Shown here: positions 52,456-62,369 of the stretch, in pieces
Position numbering within the stretch: the first letter of the stretch is position 1
Layout: every line of letters starts with the position of its first letter
Sequence record: KY608965.1
Length of the DNA: 64,000 nucleotides
Direction: 5' to 3' (one strand)
DNA from: Escherichia phage phiEC1
The notes under the pieces: model-generated
The model's database searches: none
Seen by the model: the letters and a program-made list of their open reading frames with translations, nothing else
Told to the model about the DNA's origin: nothing
Position numbers and translations under genes: made by a program

Positions 52456-53268
52456 ATGATCAAAGAACAACTTTTGAAAGAAGCTCAGAACATCGAGACT
52501 TCAGTTGCTCTTAATAGTGTTTTCGAATCAGTAGAACTGTCTCCGGACGTTAAAGCTAATTTCAGCACTGTATTCGAAGCCACCGTTAAGCAGGAAGCAG
52601 TCAAACTGGCTGAATCTCATATCAAAGCCATCGCCGAAAAGGCTGAAGAAGAAGTTGAAAAGGCTAAAGAAGATGCTGAAGAGAAAGCTGATAAAAAATT
52701 GGCTGAACAAGCTTCTAAATTCCTGGACCATCTTGCAAAAGAATGGCTCGCAGAAAACCAAATCGCAGTTGATAAAGGCATTAAAGCTGATTTGTTCGAA
52801 TCCATGCTTGGTGGTCTGAAAGAACTGTTTGTTGAACATAACGTTGTTGTTCCAGAAGAATCTGTAGATGTTGTAGCAGAAATGGAAGAAGAGCTGGCCG
52901 AACATAAAGAAGAAACCGCTCGTTTGTTCGAAGAAGTTACCAAACGTGATGCATATATCAATTACGTTCAGCGTGAAACCGCTATTAATGAAAGCGTAAA
53001 AGACCTGACTGAATCTCAGAAAGAAAAAGTTATTGGCCTGGTTGAAGGTATGGATTATTCTGACGCATTTGGTACTAAGTTAACTGCTATTGTAGAAATG
53101 GTTAAAGGTTCTACTAAAGAAGAAGCCGATATTACCGAAAGTATAAATACAGTTGACAATGACGCTGCCGGTCTTAATTTTGTTGCCGAAGCAGTTGACA
53201 CTACCACAACTCAGGTAGAACAGAATTCTAATGTAAGTTTATATGCGAAAGTCGCATCTCGTTTCTAA
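52456..53268 (+). CDS. 22: Prohead core scaffold protein gp22
   Basis: 270 aa, Glu/Lys/Ala-rich helical scaffold-like. Confidence 0.8.
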   Translation: MIKEQLLKEAQNIETSVALNSVFESVELSPDVKANFSTVFEATVKQEAVKLAESHIKAIAEKAEEEVEKAKEDAEEKADKKLAEQASKFLDHLAKEWLAENQIAVDKGIKADLFESMLGGLKELFVEHNVVVPEESVDVVAEMEEELAEHKEETARLFEEVTKRDAYINYVQRETAINESVKDLTESQKEKVIGLVEGMDYSDAFGTKLTAIVEMVKGSTKEEADITESINTVDNDAAGLNFVAEAVDTTTTQVEQNSNVSLYAKVASRF

Positions 53269-53285
53269 TTTAAAGGTTAACACAA

Positions 53286-54854
53286 ATGACTACTATCAAA
53301 ACTAAAGCTCAGCTCGTAGACAAATGGAAAGAACTGCTGGAAGGTGAAGGCCTGCCGGAAATCGCTAATAGCAAGCAGGCTATTATCGCTAAAATCTTCG
53401 AAAACCAGGAAAAAGATTTCGAAGTATCCCCTGAATATAAAGACGAGAAAATCGCTCAGGCATTTGGTTCTTTCTTGACCGAAGCTGAAATTGGTGGTGA
53501 CCACGGTTATAATGCTCAGAATATTGCAGCAGGTCAAACCTCTGGTGCAGTAACCCAAATTGGGCCGGCAGTTATGGGTATGGTTCGTCGTGCTATTCCT
53601 AATCTGATCGCTTTTGATATTTGTGGTGTTCAGCCTATGAACAGCCCGACCGGTCAGGTATTTGCTCTCCGTGCAGTATATGGTAAAGACCCTATCGCTG
53701 CTGGCGCTAAAGAAGCTTTCCATCCGATGTATGCCCCAGACGCGATGTTCTCTGGTCAGGGTGCTGCTAAGAAATTCCCAGCTCTGGCTGCTGACACTAC
53801 TACTGTTGTAGGTGATATCTATACTCACTTCTTCCAAGAAACTGGTACTGTATATCTGCAAGCTTCTGCTATCGTAACACTTGATTCTGGTGCAACTGAT
53901 GCAGCTAAATTAGATGCAGAAGTTAAGAAACAAATGGAAGCTGGTGCACTGGTAGAAATCGCTGAAGGTATGGCTACTTCTATCGCTGAACTCCAGGAAG
54001 GTTTCAACGGTTCTACCGATAACCCATGGAATGAAATGGGCTTCCGTATCGATAAACAAGTTATCGAAGCTAAATCTCGCCAGCTGAAAGCTGCTTACTC
54101 TATCGAATTAGCACAAGACCTCCGTGCAGTACACGGTATGGATGCTGATGCTGAACTGAGCGGTATTCTGGCTACAGAAATTATGCTAGAAATCAACCGT
54201 GAAGTTGTTGATTGGATTAACTACTCTGCACAGGTTGGTAAATCTGGTATGACCCTGACTCCGGGTTCTAAAGCTGGCGTATTTGACTTCCAGGACCCGA
54301 TTGATATCCGTGGTGCTCGTTGGGCCGGTGAAAGCTTTAAATCTCTGTTGTTCCAGATTGATAAAGAAGCAGTTGAAATTGCTCGTCAAACCGGCCGTGG
54401 TGAAGGTAACTTCATTATCGCTTCCCGTAACGTAGTTAACGTACTGGCTTCAGTTGATACTGGTATTTCTTACGCTGCACAGGGCCTGGCTTCTGGTTTT
54501 AATACCGACACTACTAAATCTGTGTTTGCCGGTGTACTTGGTGGTAAATACCGCGTATACATCGACCAGTATGCTAAACAGGATTACTTCACCGTTGGTT
54601 ACAAAGGCGCTAACGAAATGGATGCAGGTATTTACTATGCTCCTTACGTTGCACTTACCCCACTGCGTGGTTCCGATCCTAAGAACTTCCAGCCGGTAAT
54701 GGGCTTTAAAACTCGTTACGGTATCGGTGTTAACCCGTTTGCTGAAAGTTCCCTGCAGGCTCCAGGTGCTCGCATCCAGTCCGGTATGCCGTCTATCCTG
54801 AACAGCCTTGGTAAGAACGCTTACTTCCGCCGTGTATATGTAAAAGGCATCTAA
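53286..54854 (+). CDS. 23: Major capsid protein gp23
   Basis: 522 aa; colinear with T4 gene 23; strongly biased codon usage typical of a highly expressed gene. Confidence 0.95.
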   Translation: MTTIKTKAQLVDKWKELLEGEGLPEIANSKQAIIAKIFENQEKDFEVSPEYKDEKIAQAFGSFLTEAEIGGDHGYNAQNIAAGQTSGAVTQIGPAVMGMVRRAIPNLIAFDICGVQPMNSPTGQVFALRAVYGKDPIAAGAKEAFHPMYAPDAMFSGQGAAKKFPALAADTTTVVGDIYTHFFQETGTVYLQASAIVTLDSGATDAAKLDAEVKKQMEAGALVEIAEGMATSIAELQEGFNGSTDNPWNEMGFRIDKQVIEAKSRQLKAAYSIELAQDLRAVHGMDADAELSGILATEIMLEINREVVDWINYSAQVGKSGMTLTPGSKAGVFDFQDPIDIRGARWAGESFKSLLFQIDKEAVEIARQTGRGEGNFIIASRNVVNVLASVDTGISYAAQGLASGFNTDTTKSVFAGVLGGKYRVYIDQYAKQDYFTVGYKGANEMDAGIYYAPYVALTPLRGSDPKNFQPVMGFKTRYGIGVNPFAESSLQAPGARIQSGMPSILNSLGKNAYFRRVYVKGI

Positions 54855-54878
54855 TCTTAATTGATTAAATCTTATTTT

Positions 54879-54910
54879 GGGAGACTTCGGTCTCCCATTT
54901 TTGGTTTTAT
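54879..54910 (+). terminator. Rho-independent terminator after gene 23
   Basis: GGGAGAC-TTCG-GTCTCCC hairpin followed by ATTTTTGGTTTT. Confidence 0.7.
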
Positions 54911-55176
54911 TTCTGTGCAATTTCGATGTAAGTTTTCAAAATATTTTGCCAATTAGGCATACCTTCTTGGACATATGCCGGAGAACCGTCTTTGTTTTTG
55001 AATGATGCAAGTTTATCAGTGGCCCAATAACCTTTAGCTCGAGCTTCAGAATCAACTTTCATCCATACTTTGTTGAAGGCATTACCATTAACTTTTGCAC
55101 CATATTTTTCTACTAACTTAACTGCTTCAGCTTCCAGAACTTTTAAAGTATCTCGTAAGAAACGTGCTTTAGTCAT
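54907..55176 (-). CDS. Small hypothetical protein, antisense-oriented in the 23-24 intergenic region
   Basis: 89 aa; occupies the position where T4 carries segD but shows no endonuclease motif; own early-type promoter cassette upstream. Confidence 0.45.
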   Translation of the reverse strand: MTKARFLRDTLKVLEAEAVKLVEKYGAKVNGNAFNKVWMKVDSEARAKGYWATDKLASFKNKDGSPAYVQEGMPNWQNILKTYIEIAQK

Positions 55177-55194
55177 TTTGTTTACTCCTCTGTA

Positions 55195-55236
55195 GTTGAT
55201 AAGTCTATAGTATCACATACCAAATACGTTGTAAAC
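55195..55236 (-). promoter_or_regulatory. Early promoter/leader cassette, duplicate of 18555-18600
   Basis: gtttactcctctgtagttgataagtctatagtatcac with gtaaac at 55231-55236. Confidence 0.45.
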
Positions 55237-55242
55237 AATCTT

Positions 55243-55250
55243 TATAAATA
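55243..55250 (+). promoter_or_regulatory. T4-type late promoter TATAAATA for gene 24
   Basis: TATAAATA 27 nt upstream of the gene 24 ATG. Confidence 0.55.
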
Positions 55251-55276
55251 ATCTATATCACATAAGGAAAAATGCA

Positions 55277-56560
55277 ATGAGTAAAATCCAAAAATTATTG
55301 CGTGAATCTACAACGTCTACTAGCAACTCAATCGGTCGCCCAAATCTCGTTGCTTTGACTCGCGCTACGACTAAATTAATATATTCTGACATTGTGGCAA
55401 CACAAAGAACTAATCAACCTGTTGCTGCTTTTTATGGTATTAAATATCTTAACCCAGACAACGAATTAACATTTAAAACTGGTGCTACTTATGCAGGCGA
55501 AGCTGGATATGTAGACCGAGAAAAAATTACTGAGCTCACAGAAGAATCAAAAGTCACACTAAATAAAGGTGATTTTTTCAAATATAATAATATCGTCTAT
55601 AAAGTGTTAGAAGATACGCCGTTTGCAGATATTCAGGAAAGTGATCTAGAATTAGCTCTTCAGATTGCGGTCGTTCATTTAAAGGTACGGCTATTTTCAG
55701 ATGCAGCGGTAACAAGCAAATTTGAAAGCTCTGGTAGCGAAATTTCTGATGCAAGATTCCAGATTAATAAATGGCAAACTTCAGTCAAATCTCGTAAACT
55801 TAAAACCGGCCTCACGGTTGAATTAGCGCAAGATTTAGAAGCGAATGGATTTGATGCCCCTAACTTCTTAGAAGATTTGCTTGCTACTGAAATGGCTGAT
55901 GAAATTAATAAAGATATTCTTCAGTCTTTAATTACTGTATCTAAACGTTATAAAGTTACTGGAATTACTGACACCGGATTTATTGACTTGAGTTATGCAT
56001 CTGCTCCGGAAGCAGGTCGTTCGTTATATCGAATGGTGTGTGAAATGGTTTCGCATATCCAAAAAGAGTCAACTTATACTGCAACGTTTTGCGTAGCTTC
56101 AGCTCGTGCAGCTGCTATTCTTGCTGCTTCTGGTTGGTTAAAACATAAGCCGGAAGATGATAAGTATCTTTCACAAAATGCTTATGGATTCTTGGCAAAT
56201 GGATTACCTCTTTACTGCGATACCAACAGTCCGTTAGATTATGTTATTGTGGGTGTTGTAGAAAATATCGGCGAAAAAGAGATTGTAGGGTCCATCTTTT
56301 ATGCTCCATACACTGAAGGAATGGATTTAGACGACCCGGAACATGTCGGTGCATTTAAAGTTGTAGTTGATCCGGAAAGCTTACAACCGTCTATAGGTTT
56401 ATTGGTTAGATATGCTTTATCAGCAAATCCTTACACAGTAGCAAAAGATGAAAAAGAAGCGAGAGTAATTGATGGCGGGGACATGGATAAAATGGCAGGA
56501 CGTTCAGACTTGTCTGTTTTACTCGGTGTTAAATTGCCTAAAATTATTATAGATGAATAA
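55277..56560 (+). CDS. 24: Capsid vertex protein gp24
   Basis: 427 aa, same length as T4 gp24. Confidence 0.9.
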   Translation: MSKIQKLLRESTTSTSNSIGRPNLVALTRATTKLIYSDIVATQRTNQPVAAFYGIKYLNPDNELTFKTGATYAGEAGYVDREKITELTEESKVTLNKGDFFKYNNIVYKVLEDTPFADIQESDLELALQIAVVHLKVRLFSDAAVTSKFESSGSEISDARFQINKWQTSVKSRKLKTGLTVELAQDLEANGFDAPNFLEDLLATEMADEINKDILQSLITVSKRYKVTGITDTGFIDLSYASAPEAGRSLYRMVCEMVSHIQKESTYTATFCVASARAAAILAASGWLKHKPEDDKYLSQNAYGFLANGLPLYCDTNSPLDYVIVGVVENIGEKEIVGSIFYAPYTEGMDLDDPEHVGAFKVVVDPESLQPSIGLLVRYALSANPYTVAKDEKEARVIDGGDMDKMAGRSDLSVLLGVKLPKIIIDE

Positions 56561-56563
56561 ACG

Positions 56564-56590
56564 AAAAAGGGACCGTAAGGTCCCTTTTTT
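56564..56590. terminator. Bidirectional rho-independent terminator between gene 24 and rnlB
   Basis: AAAAAGGGACC-GTAA-GGTCCCTTTTTT; A-run and T-run flank the hairpin. Confidence 0.65.
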
Positions 56591-56591
56591 G

Positions 56592-57590
56592 TTATGATAC
56601 TAATTCAATCCATGCAGGACGCAGAACATCTTGCACCATTCTAATTAATTCTTTCTTAACAAGACTCGGGTCATTGGATGATGTTAATACAATACCTTCA
56701 CGAGAAGTTTCTTCTAGAATATCTTTAACAGTCAATCCAGTCACTTTACCGAAATCTTTTGGCGTTACAGTCCCAATCTTAGAAATCACATTGTTAACAC
56801 GATTTAGTGTAACATAACAAGCTAGAACATCAAGCAAGTTTTTGTCAATTTCAGTTAATTGAACCTTAGTTTTAATAGGCTTATCAGACTTTTTCTTTTC
56901 ACTGAATTTAGAGTTCTTGCACTTAATCGCTACACGAGTACCGTTTGGCAGCCATTTAGGGAAACAAGGCTTCAGAACATAACCTTCTGCAGTATTATCA
57001 CCAATAACATTAGCATCAAATACACAATTATTTGCTTCGACAAGGTCTTCCGATGCCGTAGCGTTATAAGCGGCTAAGACGGAATCAAGGTCATTTGGAA
57101 TCATGATAAGAGAATCAAATGTTCCACGTCCAAGCATTGGTGCCATTTTAAAGCCGAATTCATTACAGAAATCTTGCATTTCGTAATCGGTCAAATACGT
57201 ATTATCACCACTTTCTGTATTGATAATGATATCGAACACATAAAAATCTTTTTCACCGTAGTCAACACCTTTCTGGATTCCACCACCAGCGAATTCACCG
57301 AATACTTGATATGATACGGCTCGAGCTGTGTACATGACTTCTTGAACGGCTTTAATAGCCTTATCATACTTCTTGAGTACGATTTCATAACCATAAAAAT
57401 CTTCTGCTGGAAGAATAGGGCCTGTGCGCTTGGCGCATGTGACGTTGTCACGTTCAATTATTAACGAGAAGTTGGTCCCGTGGATTTTCTCACGTGCTAC
57501 CCAAACACCAGTAGTCAAACCATTAGTGTAGAGTTTTTCAATAAACTTAGAGTTGTAGTGGTTTTCAAGACTGCTGTATTTCTTAAACAT
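56592..57590 (-). CDS. rnlB: RNA ligase 2
   Basis: 332 aa; [12 protein letters not shown]...[14 protein letters not shown] ligase motif I; matches remembered T4 Rnl2. Confidence 0.9.
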   Translation of the reverse strand: MFKKYSSLENHYNSKFIEKLYTNGLTTGVWVAREKIHGTNFSLIIERDNVTCAKRTGPILPAEDFYGYEIVLKKYDKAIKAVQEVMYTARAVSYQVFGEFAGGGIQKGVDYGEKDFYVFDIIINTESGDNTYLTDYEMQDFCNEFGFKMAPMLGRGTFDSLIMIPNDLDSVLAAYNATASEDLVEANNCVFDANVIGDNTAEGYVLKPCFPKWLPNGTRVAIKCKNSKFSEKKKSDKPIKTKVQLTEIDKNLLDVLACYVTLNRVNNVISKIGTVTPKDFGKVTGLTVKDILEETSREGIVLTSSNDPSLVKKELIRMVQDVLRPAWIELVS

Positions 57591-57709
57591 AAATCACCAT
57601 TATAAATAATAATATCAAAATAATTAGCAGAGACTCTATCTCCGACCCGATGTTTAATTTGAATGGATAGAACCTAGATTCATTATACCATCAAAAAATG
57701 TAAAGCATA

Positions 57710-57961
57710 TTAGAACTTGATTTCTATCCAATGTCCATCACGTTGGTCGTGATTAATTTTGTACTGAAAGCCGTTATCACGAAGCCATTGACCGATTTGC
57801 TCGGTGATAGTTAAATCATTCTTTGACGGATAGTACGTGAATTGTGTCTGGCCTTTGTCAGCGGCTTTCTCTGCCATCACAGAGAAGTTAGTAATAAAAT
57901 CACTCAACAAATTGGCCTTAGTGGCCAGAGCCCTTTCTCTTAATTCCTGTGCAAAACTCAT
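57710..57961 (-). CDS. Hypothetical protein
   Basis: 83 aa ORF between rnlB and hoc. Confidence 0.4.
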   Translation of the reverse strand: MSFAQELRERALATKANLLSDFITNFSVMAEKAADKGQTQFTYYPSKNDLTITEQIGQWLRDNGFQYKINHDQRDGHWIEIKF

Positions 57962-58152
57962 TTCTTCACCTTTTTGTTAATCAAACGTTTACGGTATACA
58001 ACTTTTTCTTTTGCTTTAAACTTTGACCGAGCTGTCTCGGCTTTAGTCCATAGTAATCCAACTTCTTTAGGTTGTAAACCAATTTTTTGAGCAATTTCTA
58101 CGAATGAAAATCCCGCCTCATGTAATGTATAAACTTCAACTTCAGCTCTCAT
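57958..58152 (-). CDS. Hypothetical protein
   Basis: 64 aa basic ORF, overlapping start/stop. Confidence 0.4.
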   Translation of the reverse strand: MRAEVEVYTLHEAGFSFVEIAQKIGLQPKEVGLLWTKAETARSKFKAKEKVVYRKRLINKKVKK

Positions 58153-58215
58153 AATCGATCCCGTATTATTTGGTTTGTGCCATTATATACATCAATCTCA
58201 AGTTGTGTTTTGTAT

Positions 58216-58248
58216 GCTTTAAAAACGAAGAAAGGGGCCGAAGCCCCT
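58216..58248 (-). terminator. Rho-independent terminator after hoc
   Basis: Minus strand AGGGGC-TTCG-GCCCCT hairpin followed by TTCTTCGTTTTT. Confidence 0.55.
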
Positions 58249-58253
58249 TACGA

Positions 58254-59384
58254 TTATGGATATGTATAGATGATACCAGTTTCTAAAGCAGTTTTATTGA
58301 TGACGTATCCATTACGTGATTCTTGAACATCAACTTCCGGATAGTCTTTCATCATCTTCTGAAGCGTATAACGATGCAGGTAGTATTTACTATCTAGATC
58401 GTCAATTTTCCAATCTTTACCTTCTTCAGTCATTTTTTGGATTTCATCCATAACCCACCAACCGCACCAGATGTAAGCTGAAGTACGATGTGGAAGAGGA
58501 TGAACATAAGGTAATTCACCTTCTGGTTCCGGAGCAACTTTATCAGTCACTTGAACTTGACCTTCTGCTGTAATAGTTTTGCTATCATAGTCATCTGCAG
58601 TAACGATGGCAGTCACTTCAATAGTTTGACTTCCAACAGATGAAGTATCAACGGTATATACATTAGTTGACCCTTCTACAGGAGAAGAATCTTTCTTCCA
58701 TGAATATTCAATTTGCGCTTCTTCTGGGGCATCAGTGACATTAACAGTAAATGTAGCTGAAGCATCTTGCTGAACGTTAATAGAAGGAGGAGTCAATGTA
58801 ACCTGTGGATTCATTGTCTTCTTATTAACCGTTAATGATACTTCATTCGAAGTAACTTCCTTTGCATCATAATCTGTCGCAGTTACTTGAGCTACACATT
58901 TAATTCTTTTTACTCCACTTGTAGTTGGAGTATAGCTAAATGTAGAGTTAGTTTCTCCACCAACCTGTGAATCATCTACATACCACTGATACGTAGCAGA
59001 CGCTCCAGCCGGTTGAGAAGCTAAGGCAGCAGTAAATTGAACTGGGGTTCCAATTACTCCAGCTGAAGGACTATTGGGAGTTACTGCCAACGTAGTTGTC
59101 TGAGTTTTATTTTTAACCGTGATAGTCGTAGTAATTTCTGCCGTTTCAGCGTCAGTATCAGGAATAGTATTTGTTGCAACAACTTTAATTGTTTTTGTTC
59201 CGGCAGGTCCTTTTAACACATAATCAAAAGTTTCTGCCGATCCTACTTGAGGAGCATCATCCACAGTCCAAGCATATGTAATAGTTCCACCTTCAGTTTC
59301 ACCACTGGGAGTGGCAGTAAACTGCTTAGTCTCATCTATAACTCCAGTAGGTGTTTTAGGAGTTATATCAACTGTAAAAGCCAT
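58254..59384 (-). CDS. hoc: Highly immunogenic outer capsid protein Hoc
   Basis: 376 aa; tandem Ig-like repeats and C-terminal capsid-binding region, very close to remembered T4 Hoc. Confidence 0.95.
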   Translation of the reverse strand: MAFTVDITPKTPTGVIDETKQFTATPSGETEGGTITYAWTVDDAPQVGSAETFDYVLKGPAGTKTIKVVATNTIPDTDAETAEITTTITVKNKTQTTTLAVTPNSPSAGVIGTPVQFTAALASQPAGASATYQWYVDDSQVGGETNSTFSYTPTTSGVKRIKCVAQVTATDYDAKEVTSNEVSLTVNKKTMNPQVTLTPPSINVQQDASATFTVNVTDAPEEAQIEYSWKKDSSPVEGSTNVYTVDTSSVGSQTIEVTAIVTADDYDSKTITAEGQVQVTDKVAPEPEGELPYVHPLPHRTSAYIWCGWWVMDEIQKMTEEGKDWKIDDLDSKYYLHRYTLQKMMKDYPEVDVQESRNGYVINKTALETGIIYTYP

Positions 59385-59393
59385 AAGTTATCC

Positions 59394-60062
59394 TTATTTT
59401 AATGTTACGAAAGAAGAATTACGAGTTTCACGAATTAGGACTGATCCATCGCGATTAATATAATAAATTAAGCTAAATAATGTTTGGTGAGCAGAAGCAT
59501 GCACAAAACTAGTTGGGCGGGATTTCCAATCAGGTGTTTCGGCTATCCATTGATAAATCCACCAAGGAACAGTAACATACCCTGGGCCTTTGCCTAATTT
59601 AATAAGTGTAGGACTAAAATTTTCAGGCAGAACAAATTTTACTTCTTTATTTACCTCTGACTCAGGCTCTTTTTCAGATTCAACAACCTGAGTAATTGCT
59701 TCTTCGAATATATCATGGTCGAATTCTTTTTCTTGTTCGACAACTTCTAATACTTCAACTTGTTCTGTTGGAGAATCAAACAACAGAATAGCTTCTTCTT
59801 TAACCTCTTCGTTGGTGAAATTAACACCGTCCACATCATCTGCGGCAGTAATTAAATCGGTGATAGATAATCCATCAGTTTCAGGTAACGGTTCATCAGC
59901 CAGTGCGTTAAGAGCTTCTTCAATATCAATAACAATATTATCGAATGATTTTGTTTTCTTAACACTAATGCCAAATTGTTCCGCATATTCAAACAGTTTA
60001 GCTTTGGCTTCCTTTTTATCGGAAAGAGCACGTAACTCTTCAATATAGTCTTTATCGATCAT
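59394..60062 (-). CDS. inh: Inhibitor of prohead protease (inh), by synteny
   Basis: 222 aa acidic protein between hoc and uvsW. Confidence 0.65.
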   Translation of the reverse strand: MIDKDYIEELRALSDKKEAKAKLFEYAEQFGISVKKTKSFDNIVIDIEEALNALADEPLPETDGLSITDLITAADDVDGVNFTNEEVKEEAILLFDSPTEQVEVLEVVEQEKEFDHDIFEEAITQVVESEKEPESEVNKEVKFVLPENFSPTLIKLGKGPGYVTVPWWIYQWIAETPDWKSRPTSFVHASAHQTLFSLIYYINRDGSVLIRETRNSSFVTLK

Positions 60063-60075
60063 AGTATTTCCTCAT

Positions 60076-60083
60076 TATAAATA
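60076..60083 (+). promoter_or_regulatory. T4-type late promoter TATAAATA for uvsW
   Basis: TATAAATA 30 nt upstream of the uvsW ATG. Confidence 0.5.
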
Positions 60084-60112
60084 TAACTATATTTATTACA
60101 TGGTAATTTGAC

Positions 60113-61627
60113 ATGACTGACATTAAAGTACATTTTCATGATTTTAGTCACGTTCGCATTGAATGCGACGAAAGTACGTTTTACGAACTTCGTGACTTTT
60201 TTAGCTTTGAAGCTGACGGGTATAAATTTAACCCAAAATATCGCTATGGGCAATGGGATGGTAGAATTAGACTTTTAGATTACAATCGTTTGTTACCATA
60301 TGGACTTGTAGGTCAAATAAAAAAGTTCTGTAACAATATGAGTTATTCTGTATGGATTGACCCTAAAATCTTTGAGACTGAAGACCTTACCAGGGAAGAT
60401 TTTGACGCATGGCTTTCTAAACAAGAAATTTATTCGGGCAACACCAAAATCGAACCACATTGGTATCAAAAAGATGCAGTATATGAAGGACTAGTTAATC
60501 GTCGTCGAATTTTAAACCTTCCGACATCAGCAGGTAAATCACTAATCCAAGCACTTTTAGCTCGGTATTATCTAGAGAACTATGAAGGTAAAATTCTCAT
60601 TATCGTCCCTACAACAGCATTGACAACCCAGATGGCTAATGATTTTGTTGATTATAGCTTGTTTAGTCATTCGATGATTAAGAAAATTGGCGGTGGTGCT
60701 GATAAAGCGGACAAATCTAAAAACGACGCTCCAATTATTGTTGGCACATGGCAAACGGTAGTTAAGCAGCCTAAAGAATGGTTCTCTCAGTTCGGTATGA
60801 TGATGAATGATGAATGCCACTTAGCAACAGGCAAAAGTATTTCTTCAATCATCTCAGGATTAAATAATTGCATGTTTAAATTCGGTTTATCTGGCTCATT
60901 AAGAGACGGAAAAGCCAATGTAATGCAGTACGTAGGTATGTTCGGCGAAATCTTCCGTCCTGTTAGCACGTCTAAATTAATGGAAGACGGACAGGTAACT
61001 GAGCTTAAGATTAATAGTATTTTCCTTCGTTATCCGGACGAATTCACGGTTAAATTAAAAGGTAAAACATACCAAGAAGAAGTTAAAATTATTACCGGAC
61101 TAAAACGTCGTACAAAGTGGATTGCTCAACTTTCGGTCAAATTGGCTAAGAAAGACGAGAACGCCTTTGTAATGTTTAAACACGTTACACACGGTAAAGA
61201 AATATTTGAAGCTATTAAAGAGCTTGGATACGAAAAAGTTTATTACGTATCGGGTGAAGTTGATACTGAAACACGTAACGCGCTTAAAGTCATGGCAGAA
61301 AATGGTAAAGGCATTATTATTGTCGCATCATATGGAGTATTCTCTACTGGTATTTCAGTCAAGAATCTTCATCATGTTATTTTTGCCCATGGTGTTAAAT
61401 CAAAAATTATCGTACTTCAAACCGTAGGTCGTGTGCTTCGTAAGCACGGTTCTAAAGCTGTTGCTACAGTTTGGGATCTCATCGATGACGCAGGTGTAAA
61501 ACCTAAATCATTAAATACTAAAAAGAAGTATACTCATCTTAATTACTTGTTAAAACACGGTATTGATCGTATCCAGCGTTACGCTGATGAGAAATTTAAC
61601 TATGTAATGAAAACAATTAATTTATAA
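60113..61627 (+). CDS. uvsW: UvsW DNA/RNA helicase (SF2)
   Basis: 504 aa; Walker A LPTSAGKS, DECH box MMMNDECHLATG. Confidence 0.9.
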   Translation: MTDIKVHFHDFSHVRIECDESTFYELRDFFSFEADGYKFNPKYRYGQWDGRIRLLDYNRLLPYGLVGQIKKFCNNMSYSVWIDPKIFETEDLTREDFDAWLSKQEIYSGNTKIEPHWYQKDAVYEGLVNRRRILNLPTSAGKSLIQALLARYYLENYEGKILIIVPTTALTTQMANDFVDYSLFSHSMIKKIGGGADKADKSKNDAPIIVGTWQTVVKQPKEWFSQFGMMMNDECHLATGKSISSIISGLNNCMFKFGLSGSLRDGKANVMQYVGMFGEIFRPVSTSKLMEDGQVTELKINSIFLRYPDEFTVKLKGKTYQEEVKIITGLKRRTKWIAQLSVKLAKKDENAFVMFKHVTHGKEIFEAIKELGYEKVYYVSGEVDTETRNALKVMAENGKGIIIVASYGVFSTGISVKNLHHVIFAHGVKSKIIVLQTVGRVLRKHGSKAVATVWDLIDDAGVKPKSLNTKKKYTHLNYLLKHGIDRIQRYADEKFNYVMKTINL

Positions 61628-61652
61628 GGGCTTCGGCCCTTAGGAGATAAAA

Positions 61653-61886
61653 ATGGTACTTGAATTTAAACAATTTTTATACGAAGCATCTATTGACGAA
61701 TTCATGGGTAAAATTGCTAGTTGTCATACCTTAGAAGGGCTTGAAGAATTGGAAGCTTATTATAAGAAACGTATAAAAGAAACGGAATTAAAAGATACAG
61801 ATGATATTTCTGTCAGGGATGCCTTAGCAGGTAAGCGTGCCGAACTTGAAGGCGACGATGATGAGGATGAGGAAGAAGACTTCTAA
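61653..61886 (+). CDS. uvsW.1: UvsW.1 small acidic protein
   Basis: 77 aa with acidic C-terminus DDDEDEEEDF directly after uvsW. Confidence 0.6.
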   Translation: MVLEFKQFLYEASIDEFMGKIASCHTLEGLEELEAYYKKRIKETELKDTDDISVRDALAGKRAELEGDDDEDEEEDF

Positions 61887-61918
61887 TTAAAAAAAGGCCC
61901 GACCTTTTTGGAAGGGCC
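61886..61918 (-). terminator. Rho-independent terminator (minus strand), end of uvsY operon
   Basis: Minus strand GGCCC...GGGCC hairpin followed by TTTTTTT. Confidence 0.45.
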
Positions 61919-61944
61919 AAAAACCATAGGCAAAAAAGGTAACA

Positions 61945-62112
61945 CTATAGTAAAAGTTGGGTTTCGTTCAATTGCTCTTCTGAACTTTCTGAAACCGGCA
62001 ATTGTTGTACATAATTATAACAAGGACCAGGATGTGCTGGACCTTTGTCTGTTTCAACAACCAATGCAGAATCGATTGGAGTTTTACAGACAACACAAAT
62101 CTTATCTGACAT
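61945..62112 (-). CDS. Small Cys-containing protein (uvsY.-2 position)
   Basis: Manual translation MSDKICVVCKTPIDSALVVETDKGPAHPGPCYNYVQQLPVSESSEEQLNETQLLL; AGGAGG Shine-Dalgarno; replaces the plus-strand ORF 61908-62114. Confidence 0.5.
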   Translation of the reverse strand: MSDKICVVCKTPIDSALVVETDKGPAHPGPCYNYVQQLPVSESSEEQLNETQLLL

Positions 62113-62144
62113 GATTGCCTCCTAAGTTGAAATTACATATCTAT

Positions 62145-62369
62145 TTATACCATTCGCATGCACATATCGATACCCATATCTTTTGTATAAAAATACTCGT
62201 CGATGTACCCAGCAAACTTCCCTTTAATATAAAGGACGTCTTCGCCACAAGGATGGTCTGCCAGGATACGAATATCCTGACGACGTAGATGATACTTTTC
62301 CATTAAGAATTTAATTTCAGTTTCAAATTCTTCATCATTATTAAAGGCATCTTCAATTGAATAACGCAT
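62145..62369 (-). CDS. Hypothetical protein (uvsY.-1 position)
   Basis: 74 aa ORF, stop overlaps uvsY stop region. Confidence 0.5.
   Translation of the reverse strand: MRYSIEDAFNNDEEFETEIKFLMEKYHLRRQDIRILADHPCGEDVLYIKGKFAGYIDEYFYTKDMGIDMCMRMV

Noticed and set aside
57607-57614. Plus-strand TATAAATA just upstream of the rnlB start
   Set aside because: rnlB is on the minus strand and no plus-strand gene follows; likely a chance match in AT-rich sequence.
61908-62114. 68 aa plus-strand ORF
   Set aside because: No ribosome-binding site; the opposite strand encodes a 55 aa ORF with AGGAGG Shine-Dalgarno in the expected uvsY operon orientation.
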